DNA from: Macrostomum lignano
Taxonomy: Eukaryota
DNA: 64,000 nt
Direction: 5' to 3'
Assembly (NCBI GenBank): GCA_002269645.1
Contig: NIVC01002693.1
Coordinates: 85,250-149,249 of the forward strand
Shown here piece after piece: positions 23,424 through 36,816 of the stretch. The position numbers were made by a program, and so were the translations under genes. Within the stretch, counting starts at the first letter, position 1. Each line of letters starts with the position of its first letter. The notes beneath the pieces are model-generated. The model saw only the letters and a list, made by a program, of their open reading frames with translations. It was not told the origin of the DNA and did not search any database.

Positions 23424-26400
23424 TTTGTGTACATTGTGTACATTTGCGTACATGTGGTCCTATATACCGGAAATTGCGTACATTTATGCGTACAATTATG
23501 TCTATGCGCTACATTGTGTGTAGTTCGTTGCCCTGCGTTTGTAAATACAGTTTAGTCCGTGCACTGCATTGATGCCTACTTTTGTGTTAGGTACCTGCTT
23601 TTTATTAAATACACTGCACCAAAAGCAACTTTAATCGGTACATACTGTGTTTTTGTAGAGGTGCCGGTATGCTTTTTAATACATATGTCTTTAGTGTAAT
23701 TTGGTGTGCTTCAACTTGGCTCGCGAATCTTGCACTATAGCTCTCTAGTGGAAAGTACTCTTACTTGTGCTGGCTGCAGGTGATAGTAAGGCTTTCTGCT
23801 TGACTTCTTTAGTTTACTTGATGGTTAAATGAGGAGTGGGAGCTGACGCGCCTACCTCGGGGGAGGAATGCAGCCCCACGGTCTGGTGCAGTGCAGCGCT
23901 TTCTGTTATCCCTCTCCGTCCGCACTGTACTTGGTCTCCGCTAGGATCACCCCTTGGGGTTAAGAGTGGGCGGGTCCTTTGTACTCGACCCTGGGTTAAA
24001 AACTCGCATTTGGAGGCTCTGGGGAGAGTTGCAGTGGAGTTCAACAAATTTCTGATAAGATCTCTTGCGGGGGCATGACACTCGTCTCGAAATAATAAAA
24101 ACCTGAACAAGTGCTGGATGCCCTTACTAGTTGGCGGGTTGTTACCTCTACAATTGTGTACTATTTCTGTCAATATTTTCCCCTGCATTATGTCAATATG
24201 TGCTACAGCGTGTCATAATATGATACTTTACGCACTAATATGTATCATAATTTTCCTGCATTATGCCTGCTTCTGTCTCTACGATGTGTGTATTTTAGCC
24301 TATGCATCTACATAATTCGAATCTACAGTGTGTGCATATGCACCTGCATTATACTTGTATCTACTGTGCGTATGTGTATTTCAACCTATGTTTTACAATA
24401 TACTAGCATCTACAAGCGCCTACTACACTAATGAGTAGGTTCTGTGAATTATACCTACTATTTTGTCTATTTCACCTACTTTTCTGCCAAAATATCGATA
24501 AATGCACCTACATTGTGTGTTTTTGCTGTCCATATGCTTAATTCTATATGTCCGTACACCTATATGTTTCGTAATATGTATTATGCCCTGATATTTACAC
24601 CTACTGATGTGATTAATATGTGTTTTGCTTACTTTTTACGTAAATATACGCAATTTCACCTACTATAAGTAGTTTTCACTAGCCTAATTTTGTGTTAATA
24701 GGTATTGTTGACTACAAATCGATGTACACTCATATCGGGAGAGTGTACACTTGTATTGGGAGAGTGTACACTCATATTGGAAGAGTGTACCTTCGGCTCG
24801 GGAGGGGGGGCGCCCGCGGCGTACATTTCGGGGGGCCGCTTGGCACCTGTGGCTCGAGTGCCATTTGGTAGGGTGTACATGTCGGGGTACATGTCAGTAG
24901 GGTCGCCTGCGACATACATGTTGGGTACATGTCGGGAGGGTCGCCTGCGGCATACATGTCGGGAGGGTTGCCTGCGTCATACATATCGGGGCGCATGGAC
25001 GGGGCTCGAGTGGTGTACTCTTTGTGTGAATGCATTCTTGGTGTGTAACTCTTGACCGTCCCTTCCCTCCAGGAGCACTGCAAGTAGACTAGTATGGCTT
25101 GGTATTCGGAGTTGGCGTGTGTACGTAATATACTCTTTGTAATATTTACCTGACCTGGGTTTGTAAGTTCTAATAACATATAAATGACTACTGCTGACTA
25201 GTTGACGCATCTGGATGGTGTGATAAAAACTAGTAACGTACCGCGATTTCGAGAGAAATCCTAGCACAATACTGTTCTGTCCGGCATGTGGAAAAGTATT
25301 TGCCCCGCCTTCGCTTACTCATACTGCACACAGACAAAGCTTATCTGTATTAGCAATCTGTTCGTGGTGGTTTAGAAGGATACTGTCTTCCTGTATATAG
25401 CTCTCTATCCCTTCATCACTCGTAATAACTTCATAAATGCTCGCTTGACCAATGGCTGGTACTGAACTAATAATTCATACGATACATAATGGTTAATACT
25501 TTCTAACTCCGTACAGCTCACAAGTTTCTACTCTCTACCTTAACAGTAACATTAAAATAAAAAAGGTAAAATTTGCTGCTTTTGTGCCTTGTTTGCTTAC
25601 TTTTCTATTAAAATACTTGCGGTTTATAATTGAAAATGTCTGCTTTTTATTCAATTTTATGTGGTTTGAAGGTTTATTTTTGCTAAAATGCCTGGTTTCT
25701 TATAAAAATTTCTACTCTCGACAATGATTGTGTCAGCTATTTCATTAAAATAACCTACTTTTTGAATAAAACGTTGTATTTAAGCCCCTAGTTTTTTCAA
25801 AACATAATGGAAACCCTCACAACGCCCTTGGAACCTCCTCAAGCAGCTTACATAGAGCATGCAGACCCCGAAACCCCCTCTAGTGTGCCCTGATTTCAGC
25901 GGTCTGACGGTTAACATCTGTATTTTTACACTATATTTTCCTTCATACAGCAATACAGGAGGGTTTGGAAGAGTGAATCTGGCGGGAGAGGGGGCTTGTG
26001 GGGTGATGAGGATGCGTACACACAGTTTAGCCTGTTTTAGCCTACCTTTTGGGCTAATATACTTACTATTATTACTACCATTATACCTACTATGTACATA
26101 CTATTATACTACCCACTATTAAATATGCTGCACTAAAACCAACTTTTGATAATACATAGCGTGTTTTGGTCGATTCTCCCTCACGTCTCTGCGCCTACAC
26201 ATGTGCTCTGCTCGCTTTGTTCTCTGTTTGTGTACCTCTCTGTAACGTCTCTGTACGCTCAGACTGGTTTCTCCGTCCCCGCACGCACCTCTACTAAAGT
26301 TTGCTGTTACCTACCCCTACACACTGCTCTCTGTCTCCCTCCGCGCACACCTCTCTGGCCTTGCATGCAACTTGCATGTCTACTCCCCTGTCCTGCCCTC

Positions 26401-27789
26401 GCGTGGGTCCCTGTCTATACATGGCTACCGGACCCTACCTCTCTGTGCCTTGCTCGGAACTCTGTCCCAGGCCCCCTTCACACTTCTCTGTCCCGGGCTG
26501 CAACTGGCTACACGCGCCTCTGTTCCCTGCCAGCGTGGCTGCCTACCCCTGCACACTGATCTCTGTCCCTCCTATCCGCGCCTCTCTATCATCCTATTCC
26601 TGCAGCTGACCATGCCGTTCAGCTCTGTCCACGCACGGCTCCACCCCTGCCCGTGTCTCACTGTACCGCCCTGTGTGGCTCCCTTACCCTGCGCGTTTGC
26701 TTCCTATCTCCCTCCTGCTCCATATGTTTCTGTTCCCTCACACTACGCACGCGTGGCCTGCTCTCTGTCCATACACATCTCTGCTCCTCCATTCTATCCT
26801 CGCGTGGCCCCTTGACTGTTCGCATGCCCCTGCATACCCTGCCTGCCTCTCTGTCCCCTGCAACTGGGGAGGGAGCTCTCTATCCTCTGTACGGCTCTCT
26901 CTGTGGGTGTGTGTGTGACTCACACTGTCTCTCTGTCCTAGCATGCGCCTCTCTATCCGGCTCCTGCAGCAGGCTGTGTTATTCACATCTCTTTCCACCC
27001 ACCCTCTGCCCGTACACGCTCACTGTACAGGGCTGCGTCAGCATCGGGGTTAAAACTTCTCGCTCCCTATGCTTCAACAGTATAACAACCTAGTGGCTGG
27101 TTCTCTGTCCGCCCCACCCCTCTCTGCCCGTACACGCTCACTGTACAGGGCTGCGTCAGCATCAGGGTTAAAACTTCTCGCTCCCTATACCCCCAAACCG
27201 TGTAGTGGCCTAGTATGGGCGCGACCTGGGTTCGATTTCGCTAGTTGAGATGTGGGTGAGAGAGGGGAAGAGGCTAGGTGGGGGCAGGGCGTGAGGTATA
27301 GGGTGCCTGCGGGGTACGTATCGTTGACTACATATCGGGAGAGTGTACACCTGTATTGGGCGAGTGTACACCCATATCGGGAGAGTGGGAGAGTGTACAT
27401 ATCGGGAGAGTGTACTGGGGAGAGTGTACTGGGGAGAGTGTACCTTTGGCTCGGGAGAGTGTACACTCGGGGCGCCTGCGGCATGGGCGTCTGCGGCTCA
27501 GGAGGGTGCGCTTGGGATCTGATTGATTTGGGATCTGATTGATTTGGGATCTGATTGATTTGGGATCTGATTGATTTGGGATCTGATTGATTTATTGGGA
27601 TCTAATATCGGGAGGGTGCGCCTGCGGCTGGACGGCGCTTGGCGCCACGCGCCTGCGGCGCGCGCGCCGAGCGCCGATATCGATACGGGTATCGATCACC
27701 TAGTGATCGGGGCGCCAGCCAATGAGAGGCGAGGAGGGTTGACACCCACCCCCCTCCCAAAATCAACACATCTGCCAGTCCATAGTAGT
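23394..27789 (-). repeat. Right TIR (~4.4 kb) of the foldback element
   Basis: Reverse complement of 11244-15638. Confidence 0.95.
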
Positions 27790-28225
27790 ATCCTGATCTT
27801 CAATCCTGATCCCCAATCCTGATCCCCAATCCTGATCCCCAATCCTGATCCCCAATCCTGATCCCCAATCCTGATCCCAATCCTGATCCCCAATCCTCAT
27901 CCTCAATCCTGATCCCCAATCCTGATCTCCAATCCTGATCTCCAATCCTGATCCTCAATCCTGATCTTCAATCCTGATCCCCAATCCTGATCCCCAATCC
28001 TGATCCCCAATCCTGATCCCCAATCCTGATCCCCAATCCTGATCCCCAATCCTGATCCCCAATCCTGATCCCCAATCCTGATCCCCAATCCTGATCCCCA
28101 ATCCTGATCCCCAATCCTGATCCCCAATCCTGATCCCCAATCCTGATCTTCAATCCTGATCCCCAATCCTGATCCCCAATCCTGATCCCCAATCCTGATC
28201 CTCAATCCTGATCCCTAATTCCGAT
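27790..28225. repeat. 13-bp satellite (CAATCCTGATCYY)n, right part
   Basis: Same unit and orientation as 10305-11243. Confidence 0.95.
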
Positions 28226-29049
28226 TCCTGATTCTGACCGTAGGGACTATTCATTACTTTTTTACTTTAGAGAGTCAAGTACATGAAAAATGTACTGTAA
28301 GGGCCTTAGTTGTGATCTAACAGACAACCTGCATTCCCGACCTGCAGCCCCTTGCCCCTTATCTAACGCACCCACCATTAGACAGCCAGCACACTTCTCT
28401 ACAGCAAGAATAGCAAGCAGCGTTTTCGACATTTTTTCAAATATGAAAACACGAGTCTTACCGAATCGCTTGTACAAAATTAAAACTGTGCAACTGTGCT
28501 TTAAAACTGTGCATTGCTGTCATTTCAATTGACCATTCAGTTCAATGCCTTTGGGGTCCCCGCCTTCCCCAGCACTCCGTCTCCGAGCTCGATTCCACCT
28601 CTGTGAGGTTGGGGTCTGAGCTGCCTAGCAACAGCATAGGGGGCCAGAGCTGTCTCTATGCTCAAGACCGTATGAGTGCAGTGGCAGCCCTTTACCTGTC
28701 CCAGCATCTGAAAACAGTTCGGCTCAATTCAATACAGTAGCTTCATCAGGCTGGGTGCACAGAGGCAGGCATGGATGCTGAGCTCGCTATTGTTCTCCAT
28801 CTGCTTGCAGCCCTCTCTGTCTGCCTTCTTTTCTGCCTTTCTTCGTTTCGAGCTTCTCTTTAAGAGATGCAGAAGGGGCCTCTTGGAGCGCCTCAGCTCA
28901 CATCGGCCTCAGGCAGACTCGAGAATTTTCTTAGACTGCATTGGCTTTTTGGAGCAGAGAAGCTACAGAAGCTACAGGCATAACTTTACTGTTTTGCTTC
29001 TGAATCCTCACAGCACAGTTCACAAAGAGTAACCGGTGAGTGCCTGTCT

Positions 29050-29869
<820 letters not shown>

Positions 29870-29870
<1 letters not shown>

Positions 29871-30420
29871 CACCACCGTCATTTTAAGTCCCTCCTCCAT
29901 TCTCAGACGCATCTCAAACTCAGCGCAGCACATCAGCTCTGTCAGCACCTCGGCAGCGACTCAGCCGCCCTTGAGCAGCCGAAGGCACTCGAGCAGCTCC
30001 ATGGCTGAGGTGAGTACTAAGCAGCTGGCTGTCTATTGTGTTTGCCGTGCTGTTTTTTTTTACGTAAACTCAGCATTATTGTCATTATTAAATACACGGT
30101 TTCTCGTAGTGATCAGGTAATCTGAATCCATTTTTAGATCAAATAACTAAGCAGTTTTTTCTTAGGATTTGTACTTATACTTGGGTCCACCATCTGCAAT
30201 ATTACGAAATATAATTTTTGCATCTTTGGCTGAGAATCACCGCAGTTTCTGCTTTTTGTGTTATGCGCGATGTACTCAACAGCTGCCGCGAAGTTGACAA
30301 TGACAAGAATTTTAGTATCGCTTTGAGACGTCTCGGAGTCGCAGCATTTCAGACCTGCATGATCCGCAAGGGCGATCACATGACATCATATGTCAACCAT
30401 TCGGCTGTTGCCTGAGCGAC
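29870..30420 (+). other. Probable 5' exons of ankyrin gene copy A, paralogous to ~45400-46030
   Basis: Both loci share CATTCTCAGACGCATCTCAAACTCAGC...CCATGGCTGAG|GTGAG and a following conserved block (GCTGCCGCGAAGT...GAGTCGCAGCATTTCAGACCTGC). Linkage to the ankyrin exon is inferred from position. Confidence 0.5.
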
Positions 30421-31453
30421 TTGCAAGAAGTGTTGAAAAGTTCAGCATGTCACACCAGCGTATGAACGCGCTAAGACTGGATGCGTTTAGTCATTTTTGA
30501 CTCACCTGTGTTCTTGGTAACTTGGTTACGAGCTCGTAATATCATTAAGCTGTTTCTCTGTACATTATGCACCCACTACCCCATTGACTGGTAATAAGTA
30601 TATTTTATTGCGTTTATCCAAAATAAATAAATGATTGTCGATATAAAGTACAATTATTGCGTTGCTTATTTATTCAAGCTTTCCTGAAGTCCTGTTCTTG
30701 CAACGCGACTTTCCTTCCTGCACTCGAGCGAGATATTTAAAAGGTTATGGGACTCTGATGGCATCCAGCATCAAGGATGTCAGGTCAGCATGAAAGCCAA
30801 TATTTCATCAAGTCGCACTGCTTGCTGATTTAACATCTCGAAGTGTCTGAGGCTGAGCTGGGTGGCAGAAGGTCTTTGACTTTTTTATTAAGTAGAAGCT
30901 GTGGAAGCAAAGTACAAGCGCAATAACCAAAGGAATGAGGCACCATTGGCGAGCATCATTCGTTAGCGCCTCATCACTAGTTGAGAACAGTTGTTGTTGT
31001 TGTTGTTGAGAATAGCAGGGTGAGACCGTCGACGCAGCCGAAGACACCGTGTCAGTTCTGCGATGCGATAGAGTTCCATGTTAATGACCTGCTTGTCTAG
31101 AAAGTAGAAATTCTTCACCTATCTTGCAGGCAGCAACACTGACTTCATTAGCTATCCGAGCAAGTTTGTCAAATTCGAGGTCTTGGCGATTTCATCCTTC
31201 AAATATTTCTACTTTCTGTTTTGCAATACAGACTCGTACTTATCAGTTAGCTGGCTCCCTTCGTCTACCACGCTTTTCCCACAGACTAGCATAACCGTTA
31301 ATTTGCCACAGACATTTCAGCTACCCTGTTCGCTATGTTAGTATAAATACAAGTTCAACTCGCGGCCTCGGCCCTTCACCTCTGCTTCTCTTCTACTGAT
31401 TCCTTCCCCGCTAACCGCTCGTTCAATGTAGTTTATTGTCAACTTCCACAAGT

Positions 31454-31520
31454 TGGTAGCAGAGCGTGGTTCCTTTCTCTTCCTCGAGTAATCGATTCGA
31501 CAAATTGGTAGCAGAGCGTC
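31454..31520 (+). other. Two tandem tRNA-iMet-type primer binding sites
   Basis: TGGTAGCAGAGCG at 31454 and 31506, each preceded by CA plus 3 nt. TGGTAGCAGAG is complementary to the 3' end of animal initiator tRNA (CUCUGCUACCA). A TATAAAT lies upstream at ~31342 in the presumptive LTR. Confidence 0.7.
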
Positions 31521-31529
31521 CGGATTACC

Positions 31530-32430
31530 ATGGTTATCACGATATCAACAACTGACCTATCTGGCGACCAGATCAAGCAGTCCAAGAACGACCACAGCAC
31601 AGCCTCTGCTGAAGCGCCAATCGACGCGGAGCAGCCGCACGTCGAAGCCAGTGACCCGCCGCCTGCTGCTTCAGCAGCCAGCAGCCGCGACATCTGCTCT
31701 TCCCGCTTCTCCTTCCACGACTGCAATCCCTGAAGCAGCTCCAGCTGCCTCCGTTGATATCAACGCCCTCCTGACCGCTATGACCGCGATGATGCAGCAG
31801 AATCAGCTGCTCATACAACAGCTCGCCGCTAATGCCCATCCTGCCCTGACATCTGCGTCATCGTCCGCAACCAGCGATAGCGATCCGGCCGCTCTCATCC
31901 ACTCCACTGTTCTCCAGAAGGTTCGTCTCCCGACATTCGACGGCACCGACCCCACCGCATTCCCAGGGTTCTGGAACGCCTTCCTCTACCGCGTCGACCA
32001 ATCCAATCTCAACGACGTCGATAAGTTTGAGGCGCTCCGCGGTCTTCACTCTGGCCCGGCACTCCGGAAGCTTGGCGCCCTCGACGCTTGCCAGCCCAAC
32101 GCCTACGCCGAAGCCTGCCGCGTCCTCCAGGCCAACTACGCCGATGCCCAGGAGCAGAAAAACGCCTTCTTCCAGCTCCTTTTCGCTCTTCACTGCAGCT
32201 CCGCCTCCGACTTGGACGAGCTCGAGAATTACACCGACGCCCTCCAACTCGCTACCGGCCAGCTACTCCGCCTAGGTGAGCTCGCGTGCACCCTCGACAG
32301 CCGCGTCTACGCACTCTGGAACCGCCTCCCGCTCGAGCTCCAGACCGAAATCCGGAACAACCGCGCCGCCAACGGGCTGCCCCTCGTGCCCACCATGGCC
32401 CAGCTCCAGGGCCTCTTTACTGATTACTTG
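31530..32430 (+). mobile_element. Truncated BEL/Pao-type LTR retrotransposon gag (DUF1759-like), frameshifted
   Basis: KVRLPTFDGTDPTAFPGFWNAFLYRVDQSNLNDVDKFEALRGL matches the BEL/Pao gag pattern. It lies just downstream of the PBSs and is cut at ~32430 by Harbinger sequence. Confidence 0.75.
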
Positions 32431-33520
32431 CATGTTGTATCACATTTACAATGCGTATTCTCTCGGCTCTTCCAGCTCCAATATCATCGACGCCAACATC
32501 CTCCGGTTCGTCTTCGATGTCAAGCTGGATCGGCACAACCAGTGGAACTCCTCTGTTGATCGCAATGTTGTGCAGCACAAAACAGGCGCTTATTATCAAG
32601 CAAAACTTGCTCGGATGGAATCGGAGACTTGCGGAATGACGATTCAGGCATTAAAATCGAGACTTTAGAATCCCGAATGAACATTCTATTTTCACCTGAG
32701 TTTGTCGCAGCCTCCGGTTGAAGTCGGTCTCTCTTGCATCTCTTGGAGTGTCGAAAACCTTCATGAGAAATGGTCTCAGAGGATATCCACTATCTCCGAC
32801 GAGGAATCTTGCCACTAACCCTTCTGATAGAATCTCCTTTAATGCAGAGTTGTTGAACATGAAAGAATCGTGTGTACTTCTCGGCCAGAGTACTAGAATG
32901 TTCGTGAATGACATTGCGACACTGCACACAGCTTGAACAATAATAGAAGAAAACGATTTTCTGTTCTCAAAAACATACTCATTGTTAGTTGGACTCTTTA
33001 TAGCGACATTTGTGCAGTCGATAACACCTATGACATGTGGCAGTTCGGCGATCAAATGGAACCCGGCCATGGTCTGATTGATTTCAACGTGGCTCCTAGG
33101 AAAACTAACAAAATTGTTCGTAGCGACTGTCAAATAGTCTATGTTCCGATTTCGGCACAGCCGTTGGCAACAAGGGTGAGGCCAAGCACCACTCGTCACG
33201 TAGAGGTTAAAGGACAGCAGGGCGATATCATCGGCCTAGACAAACACACCGTCTGTCTCTCGCGCATTCTGCTAGTTTCTGCACACACCCCGCCGAAGCA
33301 GAGTAGATGTCGTTGATAGGAAGTGTAGATAGCGGCACCACCAAGTTGAGCAACGGACAAACAGAAATGGTGCTTTCTCATATATCGCGCTTTACCTACA
33401 AAGATCATAGATCAAAAAGTCGGAGAGGCTGCAAGGTGATGACACGGCAGCCCATCAACATGATAGCGGAAAACAACTACTCTGCCACTTTGCAGTCACA
33501 TAGCACGACACTCACGATCA
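32417..33520 (-). pseudogene. PIF/Harbinger (HARBI1-like, DDE_Tnp_4) transposase, disrupted
   Basis: VIGVIDCT, NRKSFSSIIVQAVC, WPRSTHDS, LVGDSGYPLRPFL, KIECSFGILKSRF and IISACFVLHNIA motifs occur in the canonical order, with stops and frameshifts. Confidence 0.9.
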
Positions 33521-33647
33521 AACCGAGCGGAAATGTTTCCGCTCTGCCCTTCGCAATTTACCTATATGTCCTTAAGTTTCACTGCCAATATCATAGGCCT
33601 TTAATTAACGTAGACTAATTATAACTATCTGCCTAATCCGATTTCAG

Positions 33648-36592
33648 AGACCTCAGAGTCCCAGCGAGTCCAGCGAATACGAGGCCTCCCAGAGTCTCTA
33701 CAGTCAGATCAAGCAGGCGGTAGCAGCCGGAGACGAACGGCTCACTGATGATCTGCTGTTCCAGGTGTCCGAGAACATCGTCGGACCTGGAGAAGACTTC
33801 GCCAAAGGCGTCATATTTGCTGCAGCTCGGGACAGAGACGGACTGCCGGTTCTTCGATTACTGGAGATGGGGCACGGGGTCGACATATTTCGGCTGGTTG
33901 ATAGCGATGGCGACTCGGTGACTCACCTGGCAGCAAAGAGTCAGACTGCGGAGACGATGGAGTTCCTGAAACAGCTGCTGCAGTCAATAGAAGTGGACTG
34001 GAACCCATTCGAAGCAAGAGATAGCAGGCAGAAAACAGTGATGCATAGGGCAGCTGAGAATCTCACAGATCATGGATCGACATTCCAATGGCTGATCTTC
34101 GAACTCGAAGCGGACTGTCTCACTGACAGAGATGCAGACAATGACACAGTCATCCACACTGCGGCTCAGTTCCAGATGGCGGAATCAATGCAGTTCATCA
34201 AAGAGAAGATGAATGGAGTCGAGTGTTTCAAGCTGAGAGGATGGAACAACAGGACTGCAGTGCACTGTGCTGCTTTCAATGCTGTGAGCAGCTCAGCACT
34301 CGAGTGGCTGGTGAACGAGCTCGGACCAGACTGTCTCACTGACAGAGATGCAAAAAATAGCACAGTCATCCACATTGCGGCTGAGTTCCAGAAGGCGGAA
34401 TCAATGCAGTTCATCAAACAGAAGATGAATGGAGTCGAGTGTTTCAAGCTGAGAGGAAGGCGAAACAAGACTGCAGTGCACTGTGCTGCTTTCAATGCTG
34501 TGAGCAGCTCAGCACTCGAGTGGCTGGTGAACGAGCTCGGACCAGACTGTCTCACGGACAGAGATGCAGACAATAGCACAGTCATCCACATTGCGGCTGA
34601 GTTTCAGAAGGCGGAATCAATGCAGTTCATCAAACAGAAGATGAATGGAGTCGAGTGTTTCAAGCTGAGAGGATGGAACAACAGGACTGCAGTGCACTGT
34701 GCTGCTTGCAATGATGTGAGCAGCTCAGCACTCGAGTGGCTGGTGAACGAGCTCGGACCAGACTGTCTCACTGACAGAAATGCAAACAATAGCACAGTCA
34801 TCCACATTGCGGCTAAGTTCCAGAAGGCGGAATCAATGCAGTTCATCAAAGAGAAGATGAATGGAGTCGAGTGTTTCAAGCTGAGAGGAGTGAACAACAT
34901 AACTGCAGTGCACTGTGCTGCTTTCAATGCTGTGAGCAGCTCAGCACTCGAGTGGCTGGTGAACGAGCTCGGACCAGACTGTCTCACGGACAGAGATGCA
35001 AACAATAACACAGTCATCCACATTGCGGCTGAGTTTCAGAAGGCGGAATCAATGCAGTTCATCAAAGAGAAGATGAGTGGAGTCGAGTGTTTCAAGCTGA
35101 GAGAAAGGCAAAACATGACTGCAATACACTGTGCTGCTTTCAATGCTGTGAGCAGCTCAGCACTCGAGTGGCTGGTGAACGAGCTCGGACCAGACTGTCT
35201 CACTGACAGAGATGCAAACAATAGCACAGTCATCCACATTGCGGCTATGTTCCAGAAGGCGGAATCAATGCAGTTCATCAAAGAGAAGATGAATGGAGTC
35301 GAGTGTTTCAAGCTGAGAGGAGTGAACAACATAACTGCAGTGCACTGTGCTGCTTTCAATGCTGTGAGCAGCTCAGCACTCGAGTGGCTGGTGAACGAGC
35401 TCGGACCAGACTGTCTCACGGACAGAGATGCAGACAATAGCACAGTCATCCACATTGCGGCTGAGTTTCAGAAGGCGGAATCAATGCAGTTCATCAAACA
35501 GAAGATGAATGGAGTCGAGTGTTTCAAGCTGAGAGGATGGAACAACAGGACTGCAGTGCACTGTGCTGCTTGCAATGATGTGAGCAGCTCAGCACTCGAG
35601 TGGCTGGTGAACGAGCTCGGACCAGACTGTCTCACTGACAGAAATGCAAACAATAGCACAGTCATCCACATTGCGGCTAAGTTCCAGAAGGCGGAATCAA
35701 TGCAGTTCATCAAAGAGAAGATGAATGGAGTCGAGTGTTTCAAGCTGAGAGGAGTGAACAACATAACTGCAGTGCACTGTGCTGCTTTCAATGCTGTGAG
35801 CAGCTCAGCACTCGAGTGGCTGGTGAACGAGCTCGGACCAGACTGTCTCACGGACAGAGATGCAAACAATAACACAGTCATCCACATTGCGGCTGAGTTC
35901 AGAAGGCGGAATCAATGCAGTTCATCAAAGAGAAGATGAGTGGAGTCGAGTGTTTCAAGCTGAGAGAAAGGCAAAACATGACTGCAATACACTGTGCTGC
36001 TTTCAATGCTGTGAGCAGCTCAGCACTCGAGTGGCTGGTGAACGAGCTCGGACCAGACTGTCTCACTGACAGAGATGCAAACAATAGCACAGTCATCCAC
36101 ATTGCGGCTAAGTTCCAGAAGGCGGAATCAATGCAGTTCATCAAAGAGAAGATGAATGGAGTCGAGTGTTTCAAGCTGAGAGGAGTGAACAACATAACTG
36201 CAGTGCACTGTGCTGCTTTCAATGCTGTGAGCAGCTCAGCACTCGAGTGGCTGGTGAACGAGCTCGGACCAGACTGTCTCACTGACAGAGATGCAAACAA
36301 TAACACAGTCATCCACATTGCGGCTGAGTTCCAGAAGGCGGAATCAATGCAGTTCATCAAAGAGAAGATGAATGGAGTCGAGTGTTTCAAGCTGAGAGGA
36401 ATTCTAAACATGACAGCAGTGCACTGTGCTGCTTGCAATAAAGTGAGCAGCTCAGCACTCGAGTGGCTGGTGAACGAGCTCGGACCAGACTGTCTCACTG
36501 ATACTGATTGTTCACGTCGGTCTGCTTTATCAATCTGCAAACTACGTCAGAGCAGGCAAATTTTCGATCGACTGTCAAGATTAGTTCGCTAA
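33648..36592 (+). CDS. Ankyrin-repeat protein, main exon, copy A (~11 units of 72 aa = two ankyrin repeats each); 1-bp frameshift near 35899
   Basis: ATTTCAG acceptor at 33647. TVIHIAA and TAVHCAA ankyrin motifs recur every 216 bp. The exon ends in a divergent cap DCSRRSALSICKLRQSRQIFDRL*. At ~35899 GAGTTCAG replaces the GAGTTCCAG/GAGTTTCAG of other units. Confidence 0.85.
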
Positions 36593-36621
36593 AACTGCTT
36601 TTTGCGCACTTACAACTGTTT

Positions 36622-36816
36622 TTATGTTAATAGTGCATATTTTAGGCTATTGGGAAGGCAACACGCGTTTTTTTGTTGGTGATCTTTTTTAATTCCATTG
36701 TTACGCTCACATACCGAGGAATATGCACGGATTGGTCCGTTTATTTTCCCGTAATCAGCCCACTTATTTGACGGATGATGATAACTTATGAGTAGTCCAA
36801 ATAGATTCGTTGACAT
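36622..36816 (-). pseudogene. Possible degenerate EnSpm/CACTA-type transposase C-terminal fragment
   Basis: GPIRAYSSVCERNNGIKK resembles the GPLxxYSxFxFExxNGxLK motif; the match is very short. Confidence 0.3.

Larger units (their letters stand above)
11244..27789. mobile_element. 16.5-kb foldback-type element with ~4.4-kb TIRs and a 6-bp TSD; apparently non-autonomous
   Basis: Left end ACTACTAAGGACTGGCAG; right end CTGCCAGTCCATAGTAGT (one mismatch). ATCCTG at 11238-11243 is repeated at 27790-27795 in addition to the normal satellite continuation. The flanking satellite keeps the same orientation on both sides. Confidence 0.85.

Noticed and set aside
11244-27789. Whole structure as a sequencing or assembly fold-back artefact
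   Set aside because: The arms differ by SNPs, enclose ~7.7 kb of non-palindromic interior, end at a 6-bp TSD, and the flanking satellite is not inverted. Read-level confirmation is still needed.
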